DNA of 62,811 bases from Carcharhinus longimanus (GCA_030264375.1 JASCQW010000150.1:28024121-28086931); one strand, 5' to 3'; numbered from the stretch's first letter, positions 11,012-25,560 are shown. Notes: generated by a model from the letters alone, not told the origin. Numbers and translations: made by a program.

Positions 11012-14000
11012 CTGGAATATACGTAAATAATATTTCAATTAGATTCAAATGAGCTGCTCTCAGTTTTGAATTACTTGAAAAAGGACAGTTATCAGAATAT
11101 GGCTGGAAGATAAGGCTATACACGTATGCAGCATGTTCAGTATTGCATTTCCAGGTGACCCATCCATTTCACAAGACAGAATGTTGGCACACACAACAGA
11201 AGCAATCTAAAACTGGGAAGCAAATTCCTCAGATTAGATTTAGTAAACAAAATGGATCTTCTGTAATACAAGAGATTGGATTGCAAATACTTGTAGAAAT
11301 GCTCAGTTAGAGAAAATACTTTCTTACACAAACTCAACTGATTAAGTACTTTGAAGTAATGTTGGTATGTCGGTTACAGCAGAAAGTTTTCAGTTAGAAT
11401 TTGCTATGGTCACAGCTTATCCTCCATTTTTAATTATTTCAATTTCCTTGAAGTTGCTAAAACTGTAGAAACAACCATCATCCTGGACAGCCTCACAGCG
11501 TAACAACAGCCACATAAACCAACAATAAGCATGGGAAGGTAAAGTGAGTCCTGCCTCCTCCGTAACAACATAAAGTTTCACACGACCTCTTTCAATGCTG
11601 TCCAATCCCTTTTTACTTTAATTTCAGCCTCAGTAGTTTATAAAGCACACTTTAAAACTGATACCAAGTTTTGCTGAAAACCTGACATGGGCAACTAACT
11701 GGAATCACCATTTCACAGGTGTTTATCTGATGTTACATGCTCCTATTCCAAGTGTCATTGTGCTAGCAAGAACAGCTTTGTTGAATTTACCCAGTATTTC
11801 TTCTGTGACTCCCACTTTGGAGAGTGTCCTGGATACTCAGTACCAAGGAAATTTAGTGAGCAGTTCGGGAGCGTGCCGTTCTGCAGCCCTTCTGTACTCC
11901 CAGCTGCAGGATTATACTTGAAGGGCGGAACTGTCAAGGAGGAAATATAGGGAATGTCAAGACATTTACAGTTTGGGTAGGTGATACTTCTCATCTAACC
12001 AAGCAACCCAAATTGTAATCCAAGAAATATCCTTCAAAGTAAACCTTTACCTAGCTGTGTATTTTTAAAAGCCAAAAGAAAATGACTTCCTTATTAAAGC
12101 TCAAGGGTTTAGATGTTTATAGCGACGAATGTGCATTTCATTTTCTCAACTAAGTAGTACTTGAATCGAGGAGATGATGGGTCAAGCTTATGACATGGAA
12201 GAATCACTAAATTTTAGTCCACAGCATCACCAAGAGGTCGTTAAAAACATTAAGCTGAAAGCAAAGATTCAGGTTTCAATTTCCAAATGGGATTCGTTAC
12301 AAAATTAAAAATTTTTGATAAATATCTGCAATGAATATTTATAACTGGTTATTACCTACGCACATAGCAAGATGACAAGTAGGGGTGTGTAGTTTTGGTC
12401 ACTCTTGCTGAAGACTGACATACTGGAAAGGTTTCAGAGAAAAATGGCCAGGAAATTTCCTATCCTTATGGCACTAAACATGCAATGTTTAGTTAAACAT
12501 TTTTGGTGTTCATTGATGAAAAGATTGAGGAATAAGACGGGTCTTTAAATTAATGAGCCACACAGAATTGGAAAATAAATGCACATGCCTCAAGCAAAGT
12601 TAGAAATTAGGAGTAAATAAATTCCTGAGGATAGTGAACACGTGTAACAAATGTCTAATTTTGAGGGTGGTGGAGGGGCTGAGACTCACTCTTAAACAAG
12701 AGCCGGATCTGTAGAAAGGGCATTGAGTATTGCTGAGATATTAATGGGTCTGTTTATATTTTTTCAAGGAAATGTAAAGAAAGTAAAGAAAGCATTCTTT
12801 AAGTTAGGTAAGATGACAGTGGTTGTGCTGAACAACAGACTCTCAAAGCAGCTTTGATGAAACAACTGTATTTGACTCAGATTTTTGGGTATTCATTATC
12901 AGTAAAATCATTCTTTATGTAGAGGATTGAGAGAACATGGGATACTTTGCTAGACAGAAATGCTCAGCAGGTCTGGCAGCATCTGTGGAGAAAGAGAAAA
13001 CAGGGTTGCTTTAGGTCTGTGGCCCTCCATCAAAACTGATGAAAGATGACAGACTTGAAACATCAGCTCTGTTTAAGTCTCCACTGAATATTGTCAGGCA
13101 TACTAAGTATTAATAACATTTTCTGTTTTTATTTTGACTTTACAAGAAATAATAATTGACGTAGAGATCAAGGAAAAAATAGATACATCATTGAAACAAC
13201 AGAACACTGGGGCTTCGCAATTATGTTTTGATTTTTCTAATGAAGAACTAGCACAGACAAAATGGGCTGAGTTACTTCATTCTGAGCTGTAGTTTCCTAC
13301 ATCAAGGACCGCACTGTATTCACTGGCTGTAAAGGATGTTGGGGCATCAAGGTTATGCAAAGTGCAATATAAATGCAAGCTTTTCTTTTTCTCTGTCTCT
13401 GTAAACTTCCATGACTACTAGTAAATCATAGTATGGGAATTCAGACTCAACATAAGCATGATCTTATCCCTTTCATCATATTAACTTTCCTAACTGGTAT
13501 GTGCATCTTTGACGTAAAGCTCTGAATCTTGGTTATTTAAGCAAAGTTTCATTCTTTAATGAACAATTTCTGTAAATTCTTCTCAAACAGTTATATCCCC
13601 ATTCTACAACTGTTCACAAACAGCTCAGTCACACAAAAATGCAAAAATTAAAAGCATACATTTAGTTTAATCTGTACCAGCATGAGCTGCCCCAACAGAA
13701 TACTACAAAACATGCACATATATACCTGACATTGCACAAACTTGAGACTCCACTGATTGAAAAACAAAGAGCAGACAAATCCAGTAAAACTAATTATAGC
13801 ATTTATTGGTTTTGATTCAGATTGTTAAGTTTGCCAGAACATGGCTAAATGTACTGCAAGAGGTTCTGTATTTTTCTCAAAGAATGAGACATCAACGTTG
13901 CAAAAGTAATTGCACTCAAGCATGCTCCATCGCCCTCATGCCATTTGTCGTCAGAAACTTACACAGAAATATTTACATGGACAACAGCAAGCAACTTTCC

Positions 14001-16335
14001 AAAGCCATTGGATACACGCAGAGTGAAATTATAACTGAATGAGTTTTGTGAAGTGAGCACTGAAAAGGACATCCAGAGCCTACTCTTGACTGGACACAAA
14101 TCATAACTGGATGGGTGGTCATATTGCAGTTTCACCACACCAGGATACACTACTCACACGGGATTGCATAGGATATACACAAACATGCCAATTGGCCCCT
14201 TCAGCTTCACGTCCATCAATGATAAGAATTACATAAATAATATTATAAAAAGCATGGCTGATGCTTCAGAATCCCCAATTAACCAAAGGTTCTGAGGCTA
14301 CGTTGTGAAAGAGGTAGGAACTTCAGCTGTAATTCGCTATTAATGTGCCAGTAGACCAATGTCATTCTGTTGCATATGAAACATGGACAAGCTAAGTATT
14401 TTTTCATGTTATGAAACATCAAAATACAGGATCTTTGGGCGAGGACAACATTCCTATACAACACACTCAACATGCGCTATACAGAATTCTAAACCAAGTA
14501 GCACACTCATGGATATAAGTCCCATTTTTCTCCTCTGCACAAATATGTTCACCAACATTTCAAGAAAATGAGTCTATCAAGATTCAGATTCAATCCTGCA
14601 GGTGTAAATTATTGCACATCACTCCATCCAAATGGAGAATTACAGAGATGGCAACAAGAAATAAACAAATGTGCAAAAAGACAAACTACCTATTAAGACT
14701 GGCAAAATGCTACACCAATGAAAGCTTTGCCATAAACCATAACATTGGTTGATAACAATCAGTACTGATCCATGCAATGAATGTCCATCATCACCAGATC
14801 AACAGACTATATTGTGAGGATCTTTGAAAAAATATTTAATTTATACAATATGCAACTTATACTTTAACATATTCACAATCACTAAACGGGATTCAGAGCA
14901 ACGCTTTGCTATCAGAGAAAGTGAGTTTGGGAACTTACAAGAAATTCTGAAATTTTGAAACAAGAGGCCATAGCATGGCCTGAAGTGTATTCAAATTCCT
15001 CTCTTCGTTCTTCAATTTTCATTTTATTGAGCACTGTTTTTCCCTCTACTTTTTCTCATTTCGTCCCCAATTTCATTACTTCTTTTACTGGTTTTCAGTG
15101 TTATTTTCTCTTTTGGATCCTGTTTTACCATTTATCTTTGATTCTATTGATTTCACTTGTTATAATTCTTTAATTCTTCATCTTACAAAAATGTCCACTA
15201 CTCATTCCTTTTATCCTCTTTGCTTTTTACTGCATTGTGTTGATTTTCTTCTTTTTCAAAGCCTGCAGGGATACAGAGTCTCCTCCACCAATTACAGCTG
15301 CCAAGGCATCAACAACAGCTGCCCTTGCTCCTACTGTGAATTGAGAACCCCAAGCACAAGGATCATTTAAGTCCAGCATAAGTTACTGCCAGTGAAAGGA
15401 ACGTGCTAGGGGATGAGAGTAGCGCACATACATTTGCGAAAAGCAAGCATATCATTTGGAGCTTGCAGATAGATGAAAATAATACATCACTTGCCCCCAC
15501 TGAGGGCTATACCAGGTGTCCACGATTCAACTAACTGCAGCACAATCCAGGGTGTTTTTCTTATGCATGTTATAATAATGATGGTAATTCAGAGCCCTGC
15601 ACTTCATGTTGTTTTTAGGAGGTCCAATCTTTCCCATATGTCCAATGATAGTTGGCTTACTGGTTAGGCCCTGGTTCCTAAGCACAGTATAAATGAAATT
15701 TTCTTTATGGTAGTTCACGTAGATTCTCCAGTGGTTTAAGTCTGAATCCTGGCTTTGTAAAGGGCGGGTTTCCCCTGGATGCTGTTTAAAGTATGTCAGC
15801 TGTTGAGTCGACTAGATGAACAGTCTGTGTGTCAATGAAGGTTAAAGGTACATTCCCCTACAATTTAAAATTTTAACAGGGTCATTCTCAAAAATAATCC
15901 TGGCCTTAGCTTAACAAAATAAGGTTCATTGGTGCTTTCATCAAGATCAATCCTTTGCAGGAGGATGACTTGAATGTTAATAGTGGGAAAGGAGATGTGA
16001 GAAAAGGAAAGGAAAAGAAGAGCACAGAATGGAGAAATTTGGGAGTTTCCAACTCCAGCTGACTTAGCTGGAATTGGGAACATGGAACATTCCAGAGTGA
16101 GCCAATCCTGACCATTGGCAAGACTCAACATAAAGACCAATGAAAAAAATATTTCTACTAAAGCAAACATCTCAAAATTTGAATTCATACTTCAGGTGAG
16201 GATTAGTCTGAGGATTACATTTAAATTTGATGAAAATTGTAAGGGGAATGCAACTTTAACAGCATATGCAGACTGGCAACAAAACTTCCGAGAGGTTAGA
16301 CAGTAGAAAGAGGAATTGCAGTTCCAACCAGTTAC

Positions 16336-16428
16336 CGTTTTGTGTAAAGGACTTCGGCTGGGGTGGCTGCAGGACAGCTGGACGTAGGACGCTCCGCTGC
16401 TGCTCCTTGGACTTCTGACTAGGAAGAC
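16336..16428 (-). CDS. RANBP3: RANBP3 coding exon 8 (GLPSQKSKEQQRSVLRPAVLQPPQPKSFTQN)
   Basis: TTGGTCTTGCAG|GTCTTC...CAAAACG|GTAACT. 93 nt, phase 1-1. Lies inside ORF 16256..16444. Matches human GLPSQKPKEQQRSVLRPAVLQAPQPK. Confidence 0.96.
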
Positions 16429-19400
16429 CTGCAAGACCAAACAACTGATTTTACATCACCTCAGCTTTGTTTTTATTCAAGCAAGCTGCTTTGAATAAAG
16501 CTGCAATTCTAGTATAGTACAACACTGTGTTGTAATGTTAAGGAGAACTGTTCCAAAACAGTCACTCCTCCTATTGAACAATGTTCGGGTACAGATCCTG
16601 TTGCTAAAAAGCAAAACAGGGACAGCGTGCAACTTGCAACACTGAATGATGAATTTTACTGGCAGAAAAGCATCTCTTGCCAATCTACACAACCTCTAGC
16701 CAGGTACATTTCCACAAGGTAAGGAAAGCTGCAAGTAGAGGCAAGCTTAATACGGGAGATTGAGCAATGATGCCCTGTGCTGATTAGCAAGATGTTTAAA
16801 CATCAGCATTGTAGTTTAATACCAAAATGATGCCTAATAGAAAAGAGGAGGCAGTCACTGCTATCATACAAGAGTTCAGAAACTGAAGATTTAACCCTCT
16901 AGTATCTGCAACATTGAAGCTTCCCCCTCCATGGTTATCAAAATGTCGCAGACAAACAAACAGTACAAGTTTATGGCAACTGCAAAGTGATTCACCAGTG
17001 TATATCACAAAGTAAGTGGTCAAATGACCATGTCGAAATGTGGAACAAGATTATGATTGTGATCATCGTCTGCAGTATATTCTATTAGTATGGGAACGAG
17101 TAAGATTCCAAATACTTACCTCTGTAATACAATTCCAGGTCACTACAGTTTCTGCTGTAGGGATTGCCACGATAGAAATAAAAACTGCACAACACATTGC
17201 ATTATAACATGGTGAACGCAGAGGATGTGCTTCAATTTGTGAATACAATGGCATCAGATTTTTCAGCCAACCTTTAAAATGGACTTCAGGACCCCATTTG
17301 ATATGCAAGAGGTGCTCTTCTTCAAAGACTGCAGCCTGGAATCTCCCTTAAGGTGTTCAACAGACACAGCCATATTTCAGTTCCATTAGTGAAATTGAAT
17401 GCACGAACAGCAGCAACTAATTCCCTATGACAAACTCATTTTTAAAGCATTTTAATTGGAGTCAACATCAAATTCAAATGGGCTTGGTTGTTTACGTCAA
17501 ATAATTATTTCTATGGTGCAATAACTGCTGTGAACATAAGACAGCAGTATGACATTCTACCCAAAACCCAAAAAAGCATTATAAAACAAAGATTCCACAT
17601 TCTTTATGATTAAGTCACCAAAATCCTATACAAATTTACATATGCCTGAATCACAGATATATAGAACAACATCTGAACTACTTTAACGACAACTTGCATT
17701 CATGCTTTCCAACCCACACCTCACATGCTTTCCTGTAGCTGTGTGTTGTCAGAGAAAGTATCATTCCAGAAAAGAGAAAACATTGACACCTCAGAAGCTG
17801 CATGGTAACAAAATATATCAATTTTTATGTTTTAAAAATGAAGCCCATTTTTAAAACTGCTCTGCACATAACCAAAGTATAGTTTACTGACATTTTCAAA
17901 AGATGTTGATAGAAATTACAGCAGACACAGCTCATTTAGCCTGCTCTGCTTGTGTTGGCACCAGCACTTTACCAGGAACTACCTCGTCTAATCTAGCCTG
18001 TGTCCTTTCATACTGTTTCTTTTCAAATGCTTATTTAATCTTATTTTGAATCAAGTTATGCTGTTTGCTTCAACAAGAATGTGATTAAGCATTCCTTGCC
18101 CTAATATGTGAAAAGAATTCTAGTGAATGGATCCAACTCCATAACAATTTATTAATCACTGAAATTAAGATATTAATTTACCTTTACAACACCTCATCAT
18201 TTTGAAAATCCAGATTACATTCCTCATAACTCTCCCAGGTCAAAAGCCCCATTTTGAGTTTTCCTTCATAAATGTGATTAAATTCCCATATAATTCTTTG
18301 TTTGCTCTTTTCATATCTGTACTATTGTTTCTATGAGGTGTCCAGAACTGCCCAATGATCATTTCATACAGGGCTTGGAACTCCTATTGTTCACAATATT
18401 TGTGAAAGATATTGACTGGACTCCAGTAGTAGCTGATAACACAAAGATATGTAAGCAGGTAATAACAGAATGATTATCTTCAAATGGTCTCTGGCTGAAA
18501 TGTGTCAAGTCACATTTTATTTAGATACATATCAGAGAATGGATATAGCATGAGATTTCAGCAAACATGCAAAAGATTAAATCTGAGATGAATGCGTGGA
18601 ATTAAGCAGAGCCCAGTTCAGCAATACACAAAGTATCTCCTCTCCTCTCACACGGAGAGCACAAGTCAAAATATATGTGTGTGTGTGTGTGGGGGTGGGT
18701 ACGCGCGGCAGGCAGGCAGACAGCATCCAAATTTATCTTTAGACAAATTAAATTCAGAATCAGGTCGGGGAAGTCAAAACACAAACAGCTCCTGGTGCCC
18801 ATCAGTTATAGAAGGCATTGAATGAATCAGTGGACACTGCATTCAAAGTTATTTGGAAAGAATCAAATGGGAAATATAGGCACCTGATGAACTTATAGAA
18901 TTTGGATCTGTACCTGGTATAAATTTGCCAGGCTGAGAAGTAGGCGTAGGAGGATCATCATTCTGCTCATTGTGAGACCACAGAGGCCGAAAATGAAAAG
19001 AATTTAGCTTATTAATCATATCCCAAAGCAGATATCTAGTATGAGGCAGTCACCAGTAAGCAAAATCGTTTACTACATCGCGCCTGGGGGATGCTGGACT
19101 ACAAGTCCAGATGTTATACTTGTACAAATCAACGCTGAAACCAATTCTGAAGTAACTTTTTTTAAATGACTATCTCAAACTCCACACAGATATATTTGAA
19201 AGGATTCAGGTAGCAGTGCTCAGAAGGATTTCAGGAAGAAGGCAATTAAATAACAAAGAAAGATTTAAGCTACTAAAATGTTTTTTGTTGAAAATTTTGT
19301 TTAGAAGGGTCTTGATGCAGGGGTCTTCAAAATAATTGGTAATGTAATGTTGGAGCTTTTGAAATATGGATAATCAGCATAAAACTGGAGCACAGGAGAG

Positions 19401-22259
19401 CAAAATTCAAACATCTCAGGTAAGACTACTGGAAAAACCTACTCAGAGGAACAGACATAGAACAGATTCCAAGAGATAGTAATTTTAGTTGGTCCCATAT
19501 CTGTTGAAGATAGATGGTAATAACAATGCTCAAGCTTCTTCAAAGCAAGTAGGGACATTTTCTTGGCAAATCACATAAAAACAATAGAACACTTCACTAG
19601 AAGGAGTAAGCTTGATGAATTATGTGGTTCATTTTTCACCAGGGTCAACACAGGTTTTAAAGGCTTCATGACCCATTTGTTACCCAGAAATTGTATTGAT
19701 ATTCACAGCATATCTTTTGCGACATGGAATTTGCATGAACGGCTTCTAATCTAATTGAACATACCCCACATACTATCCCCAACTCATCAAAATCTACCCC
19801 AGATAAATTTCCAAACTGGATTAATTTTAAATTAGAAAGTTTTCCAGCCTTTTTTATATCAATGTAAAAGTGTTCTTCTTTACTGTGATTTGTGGATAGG
19901 ATCCATGCACTGTGAGAATTCTCAAGATTAAATAATTTATGGAATAGCTAAGTAGGTTTTTTTTCTCTTCCTCTTCCAAGTTTAAGGTCATCTTAAAGAA
20001 TCATTAAAGTAGTCACAAGTGGAAAGAAACTGGCTTACTCCTGCCAAGAGATCGAGACTTCTCATTTAATTTTGTCTTAATGGTTTGACACGTGATTTGC
20101 GCAGCACTCCCTGCAAGAAATATTTCCTTTGTTGAGCCTTTTTTCTGCATTCTAAACAGAATCACCAAAAGAATGAGATAAAAAAAGTTACATTTCCCAG
20201 GCATTCTCTTGACCACAAATGTCAAGTGGTTGGATGTTTGTATAGTGAGAGCTATTTTATTTTCTTAAACAGCTTGGAGCATCTAATGTCCATAATTAGA
20301 TTTGTATTCAACTGTTCAATATTCATAGCAATACAACTGCATTCAAGGTAATGGAATCATAGTGAAAACTAAATTGCTTATAAAAACAATCGTTTACAAA
20401 GCTTTGCAATTTAAACTGTGATATAGCAACAGTTTGAAAATCCACCTGCTGAACTATAACTAAAGCCTAACCAAGTCTCAAACAAAATCATNNNNNNNNN
20501 NNNNNNNNNNNNNNNNNNNNNNNNNNNNNNNNNNNNNNNNNNNNNNNNGATGAAAGAGAGGCAAACACCAAAATCTGTTCAGCTACTTTTACTGCAAACA
20601 TAGAATACTGTTTTATTAATTTACTCAACAAGACAAATAAAAAGCTACCCATACTCTATACAGACAAATGTTAAAATAGGTGTCATTATGTTAAAAACCA
20701 ATCTTGGTTAATTGATGATATATGGCAATATTGGCAAAACTGGTGCTGCATGCACGTTGGCTCGACAATGAAACTGAGGCTTTATACAGAATTACCACAA
20801 AAGAAATGGCGCAGCAGCACAAAAGTAATTTTCCCATCAATTTAGTGAAAGATGGTCTACTTTAAATTATTTAGCATTGCCAGGATCAATACACAAGCTG
20901 TCGATCTAAATATACATACCCATGGAGGATATCCACAAAGCCTCCTTTCAGTTGCCTTTGAACAACAATATAAAAACTTGGTTTATTGGCTGAGGATTTC
21001 TAAGAAATTAATCCTTCAAAATTGTATCAAAGAAAGAAATGAAAATATTCTTTCATAGGAAGTCTCTCTCTTATGATCTACTAATTTCCCATCTACATAA
21101 GCTCAGATAGAATTGATGAATACAAGGCATACACCACAAATAAGAATTATGCCTCCATTCAAAATATCACACAACTACAATATTAAAATGTACCATTTTA
21201 ATGCTAATCCACTCGTTCCAAATACTTGCTTTCTAATAACTGCTCTGAAGTGAAAACTGAAAAAATTGTTTGCAAAACAACATCAGCCACAATGTTTGTC
21301 AAACTGGAAAATACTCAATTTCAGCTGACTGCCTATACAAACTAATTGTCTAATGAAATCATAATTCACTCTTGTGCTCATAAATACAGTAACAAAACAA
21401 TCAAATGGTCTGATGAAAGAAAACTTTGCATTTCCCTAACGTAATGCTATTAAGTTACTTTGCTGATATTTAATGATCTTGTTAGAGAGCATTTACAGAC
21501 ACACAATGCAATCTGACATTGTGGTAGAGGCTAAGCCATAGTGACTGTCACATGTTGCATTTAGTTAAAAAGTGTTTGAACAGCACTCATTAGTTCCATT
21601 TTTAAAAAGAACAAGCCTGGTTTACATCTAGTGAAACACCTTTTAGTTTGGATGCCCAGTTCATATTTATATTCTACATCAAGAGTTTTTACTTCAAAAG
21701 TGTATCATTTCTCTGACGTGATACGTACAACACAAAGAAAATAACACTATGAATGTAATCTAGCAGACAAATTCCAGCTTCAAAAAGGAAAAATACGATC
21801 AGTATTGAATGTTTTCAACTCTGCTGTATGATGTTGATACACAAAACATACATGAGTATTCCTATGGACACAACAGAGTCATATCACCAGCAAGCAATAA
21901 AGGGGGTACTGTGCAAATTTACTACAATGATTATGTGGAAACACAAACATGAAGATGCTGAAATTGGGGCTGTTTTTGCGAGAGTATTAAAAAAAATTAA
22001 GAAATAATTTGATTAGGATGTTTAAAATTATTGAAAGGTGTTAACAGAAACAGAGTGTTTCCAGTTGATGGGGTAGAACAGACAGGCATAGATAATTGAC
22101 ATGCAAGAGATTTAGGGTAGAGGGTATGAATCCATCACAAGGTTTGGAATTGAAGCAGTTATTGTTTCAATACGTGAGAATAGATATCAGAAAGGGGAAT
22201 GAAAAGATGAGACAACAGACCTGACACAGAGGATTAATACTGGAGAATAAAAACTAGTC

Positions 22260-22670
22260 TGAGCATGTGCAGCAAGACCTGGACAATATTCAGGCATGGG
22301 CTAGGTAGCAAGTAACATCCGTGCCACACAAGTGTCAGGCAATGGCCACCTCACAACAAGCCATCACCCCTTGATATTCAATAGCATACCATCTCTTTAT
22401 CGCCGCTGTCAACATCCTAGAAATTACCAGTGAGCAGAAACGGAAATGACCTGCCATATGAATACTACAAGAGCAGATTCAAAGGCTGGAAATTCCACAA
22501 TGAGTAACTCAAAATCTTGGAACTTCCTTCCTACAGCACTGTGGCTGCTCCTTCATCACATGGACTGCAGTGGTTCAAGATGGCGGTTCACTACCACTTT
22601 TAAATGGAAAGTAGGTAATAAATACTGGTCTATCCAGTGATGCCCACAGCACAAGGATGAATTTTTTTTT
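22260..22670 (+). mobile_element. Degraded L2/CR1-group LINE 3' fragments
   Basis: CAGCAAGACCTGGACAATATTCAGGCATGGGC and the tail GGACTGCAGTGGTTCAAG...AATAAATACTGG, related to the 7730 copy. Confidence 0.6.
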
Positions 22671-25187
22671 AAAATCTGAAGCGGTTGGGGCAGATCACCT
22701 GCTTCTATGTTGCAAATTATGTGCAATTTTGTTCCTGCCTGCAATAAAGTTGAACTGTTTAATAGGGTAGAGGAGCATAGAGATGGGTTTTCAGAGGGCT
22801 TGAGACACATATTATCAAAAGATTACTTTTCAGAGACTGTCTACCCACACCTTCACCAAACTACTGGGGCACAGTTACGTTTCATTGATGCAACCGTATT
22901 AGTTCATTCATGTAGAAGACAACTGGTTTTTCACTCCCATTATTTCAAGTTTCCAAAAAACGAATAGATCTCAAAAGTTCTAAAAATATTCCTCAGCCAC
23001 AAAGCTCATTACAGTATTCTAATCAATTTAGGCAGAAAATCCAAAAGTTGGCTTGTGCTAAGAGATCTAATATAGGTATACATCTACATCTGCAAACATT
23101 ACGAGAGGTATGATGAGGTCAAAGTTGTTTCCAATGGATAGCAAGCCATTGCACTCAATTCAACATCAGCATTGCACTGGCTATAGCAACACTGCACTTG
23201 TTGTATCTAGGCTTTCTTTATTAATCGTGATACAGAACCTTAACATTTCAAAACAGCTATATAGAAAACCAAATCTCAGCACCAAAGTAAAATCAAAATT
23301 CAAGTCTGCACATAGATCTGCACAAAACCAGTTTACATAGATGACTTAATAATGCCATTTTTTGAAGATGTGTCTACAAAAACATACATTGCCTGCAAGT
23401 TGATCAGAAGGACCTGCACAATATTAAGCTATCATTTCAAATTACAGCACTCGCTGCAGAGCTTCTGACATTAATTCTAACTGTGCATACTGCCCATAGA
23501 ACACAACAGGTCAAGTGGGACTTACCTCTGAGTGAAAATACAAAAACGCCAACAAAAGCATTACATGTGATTTTGAATTATTTTTAAATGAATGTTTCCA
23601 AACCATTTTAGTGACACATCAGTACTACAAACTCAGGGACAGCACAAGTCATAGAGGGAGGCCTCCATCTACTTGTTATTTTATACTGCAAAGATTACTG
23701 TGTGAAACTGAACTCTTTTTTTAAATTACACAGTATAAATGAAACACTTTCTCAGGTAATACAAACAAAGTTAATACAATTTTCTCCAACACAAAAATGT
23801 CAGTCGTAAGTTTTCTTTCAATGTTTAAACAGTATTAGAATATGTTAACATTCCAACAATTAATCTAATTTGTCTTGCAGCACCTAAGCCCACATATACA
23901 CTTATTCCTGCTACAATCACACACTCAGCTGGTCTCTGAAAACACAATTTACATAAGTGCACAGCCAAAATGAACAGTTAAACCTGTGGACAACTTAGCG
24001 TAGTATGCTCACACATACACAAGAGTCTCTTGCAGCAAAGCAGGCAAAAGTGTAAATGTGTATGTCAGCTTGTTAATTAATTTATATAGGCTTGTATAAA
24101 ATCAGATTGAATGTGTATAGAAAACAGGAAATGTATGATAATTTGTGCAGAAACACATTTCATAAGAAGGGTATTTAGAAGATATACAAGCTATCTCCAG
24201 TTTGACACACCAATATAGTTTTTGTTGATTCTAATCAAAAATACCTTTTATATTCCAGCTGCATTTTATTAATATTTTTAAAGTACAAGTTATTTCAGAA
24301 GGATGCAATGTAACATGTTTTCTTCACGCTTTACCACAATTGTTCTTTTTGATCGAAGGTATAGTTTAAAATGTGTTTTTTTCCCTCTGTAATATATCTT
24401 TGGATCTTAGGAAAGACACCAGTTTGATGGATTCTGAGCCAAAATTGCTACTGTTGTAACAATTCAGTGGGCAAGCTCACATACCAGAGAACTAAATTTC
24501 CGACACAGTTATGAACTAAATATGCATCTTAGTTAAATTTGTTAAAATAGATAAGATTGAGTGGATAGTATTTTACAACCATTTGAAAATTACAACATAT
24601 CTAATTAACAGATTAATGAGAAACTATTCACCTTAATTGCCTGCTTGAGGCAATAATGTCACTATAATTTTCAAAATAGGCACAATGTAGCTAAAATCAG
24701 TATTATACAAAGCTCCCTGCACCTTTTATCTCAAATGCAGTTGCTTGCAGTGGGGAACAGTGGCATGTTTTTGCTGTAGCTGAGAACACAACACAGCACT
24801 GATTAAATTCACCCTTACTACACCTTACGTATAACTCCCACTGGGCACTTGCAGTATTGCACCTTCACGTGTTCCTCAAGTACACAGAAAATTGCAAATA
24901 TTAGAGGGAGCTTGACTCTGCTGCTACAGGAAATACTGCTCGAGGTACAACGCACAAATTAATTTCTCCCCAGATAAAGTACAGCATGAGCATGACAGTA
25001 CTGCACAGTCTTCCCGTTGCAACAAGGGCACAATCCAGCAGGTACAGCTGTTGTATTATTTCCTCAATATACTACCTAGTGGAAACAGAAGTATCATATT
25101 TTGCTCCAGTAATCCAAAACCTCAGGCAGAGCATCTGGAAGGTGCAAAGATACCAGTTTCTTTATGACCTCACTTAATGGTACTCAC

Positions 25188-25253
25188 CAGCACTAGGAGC
25201 CTGGCCATGGATTAAAGTTGGGGGTTTCAGCCGAAAGCCAACATTCTTCTCAT
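25188..25253 (-). CDS. RANBP3: RANBP3 coding exon 7 (DEKNVGFRLKPPTLIHGQAPSA)
   Basis: TCTTTCTCTTTAG|ATGAG...GTGCTG|GTGAGT. 66 nt, phase 1-1. GFRLKPPTLIHGQAPSA is identical to human as recalled. Confidence 0.96.
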
Positions 25254-25488
25254 CTAAAGAGAAAGACAACCAGTGATTAATCTGAGATGTATATTTATAT
25301 TTCTGCACACCTACATTTTTTTTGTGGGAGTCATATGTTGGGCAGCCCACAAAAAGGACAGCACAGGGAGTTCACATCCATAGCATTGGGTCTTTCAGCT
25401 TCTCAAGTTTTTATGCAAGGTAACAAGTACAAAAGAGGGCTAAGAGAGGGAGGGGAGATACTTTACAGTGCTGGATTATAGGACTTAC

Positions 25489-25560
25489 CTGGCTCTGAGT
25501 CAGAGTTGCTGGCTGCTGCCTGGCAGAAACCCAATGGCATAAAGACATTATTCTTTGGAA
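25489..25560 (-). CDS. RANBP3: RANBP3 coding exon 6 (VPKNNVFMPLGFCQAAASNSDSEP)
   Basis: TTCTTATCTTACAG|TTCCAA...GAGCCAG|GTAAGT. 72 nt, symmetric phase 1-1, open frame, strong splice sites. I recall a KNNVFMP...NSDSEP segment in some vertebrate RANBP3 isoforms. Confidence 0.88.
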
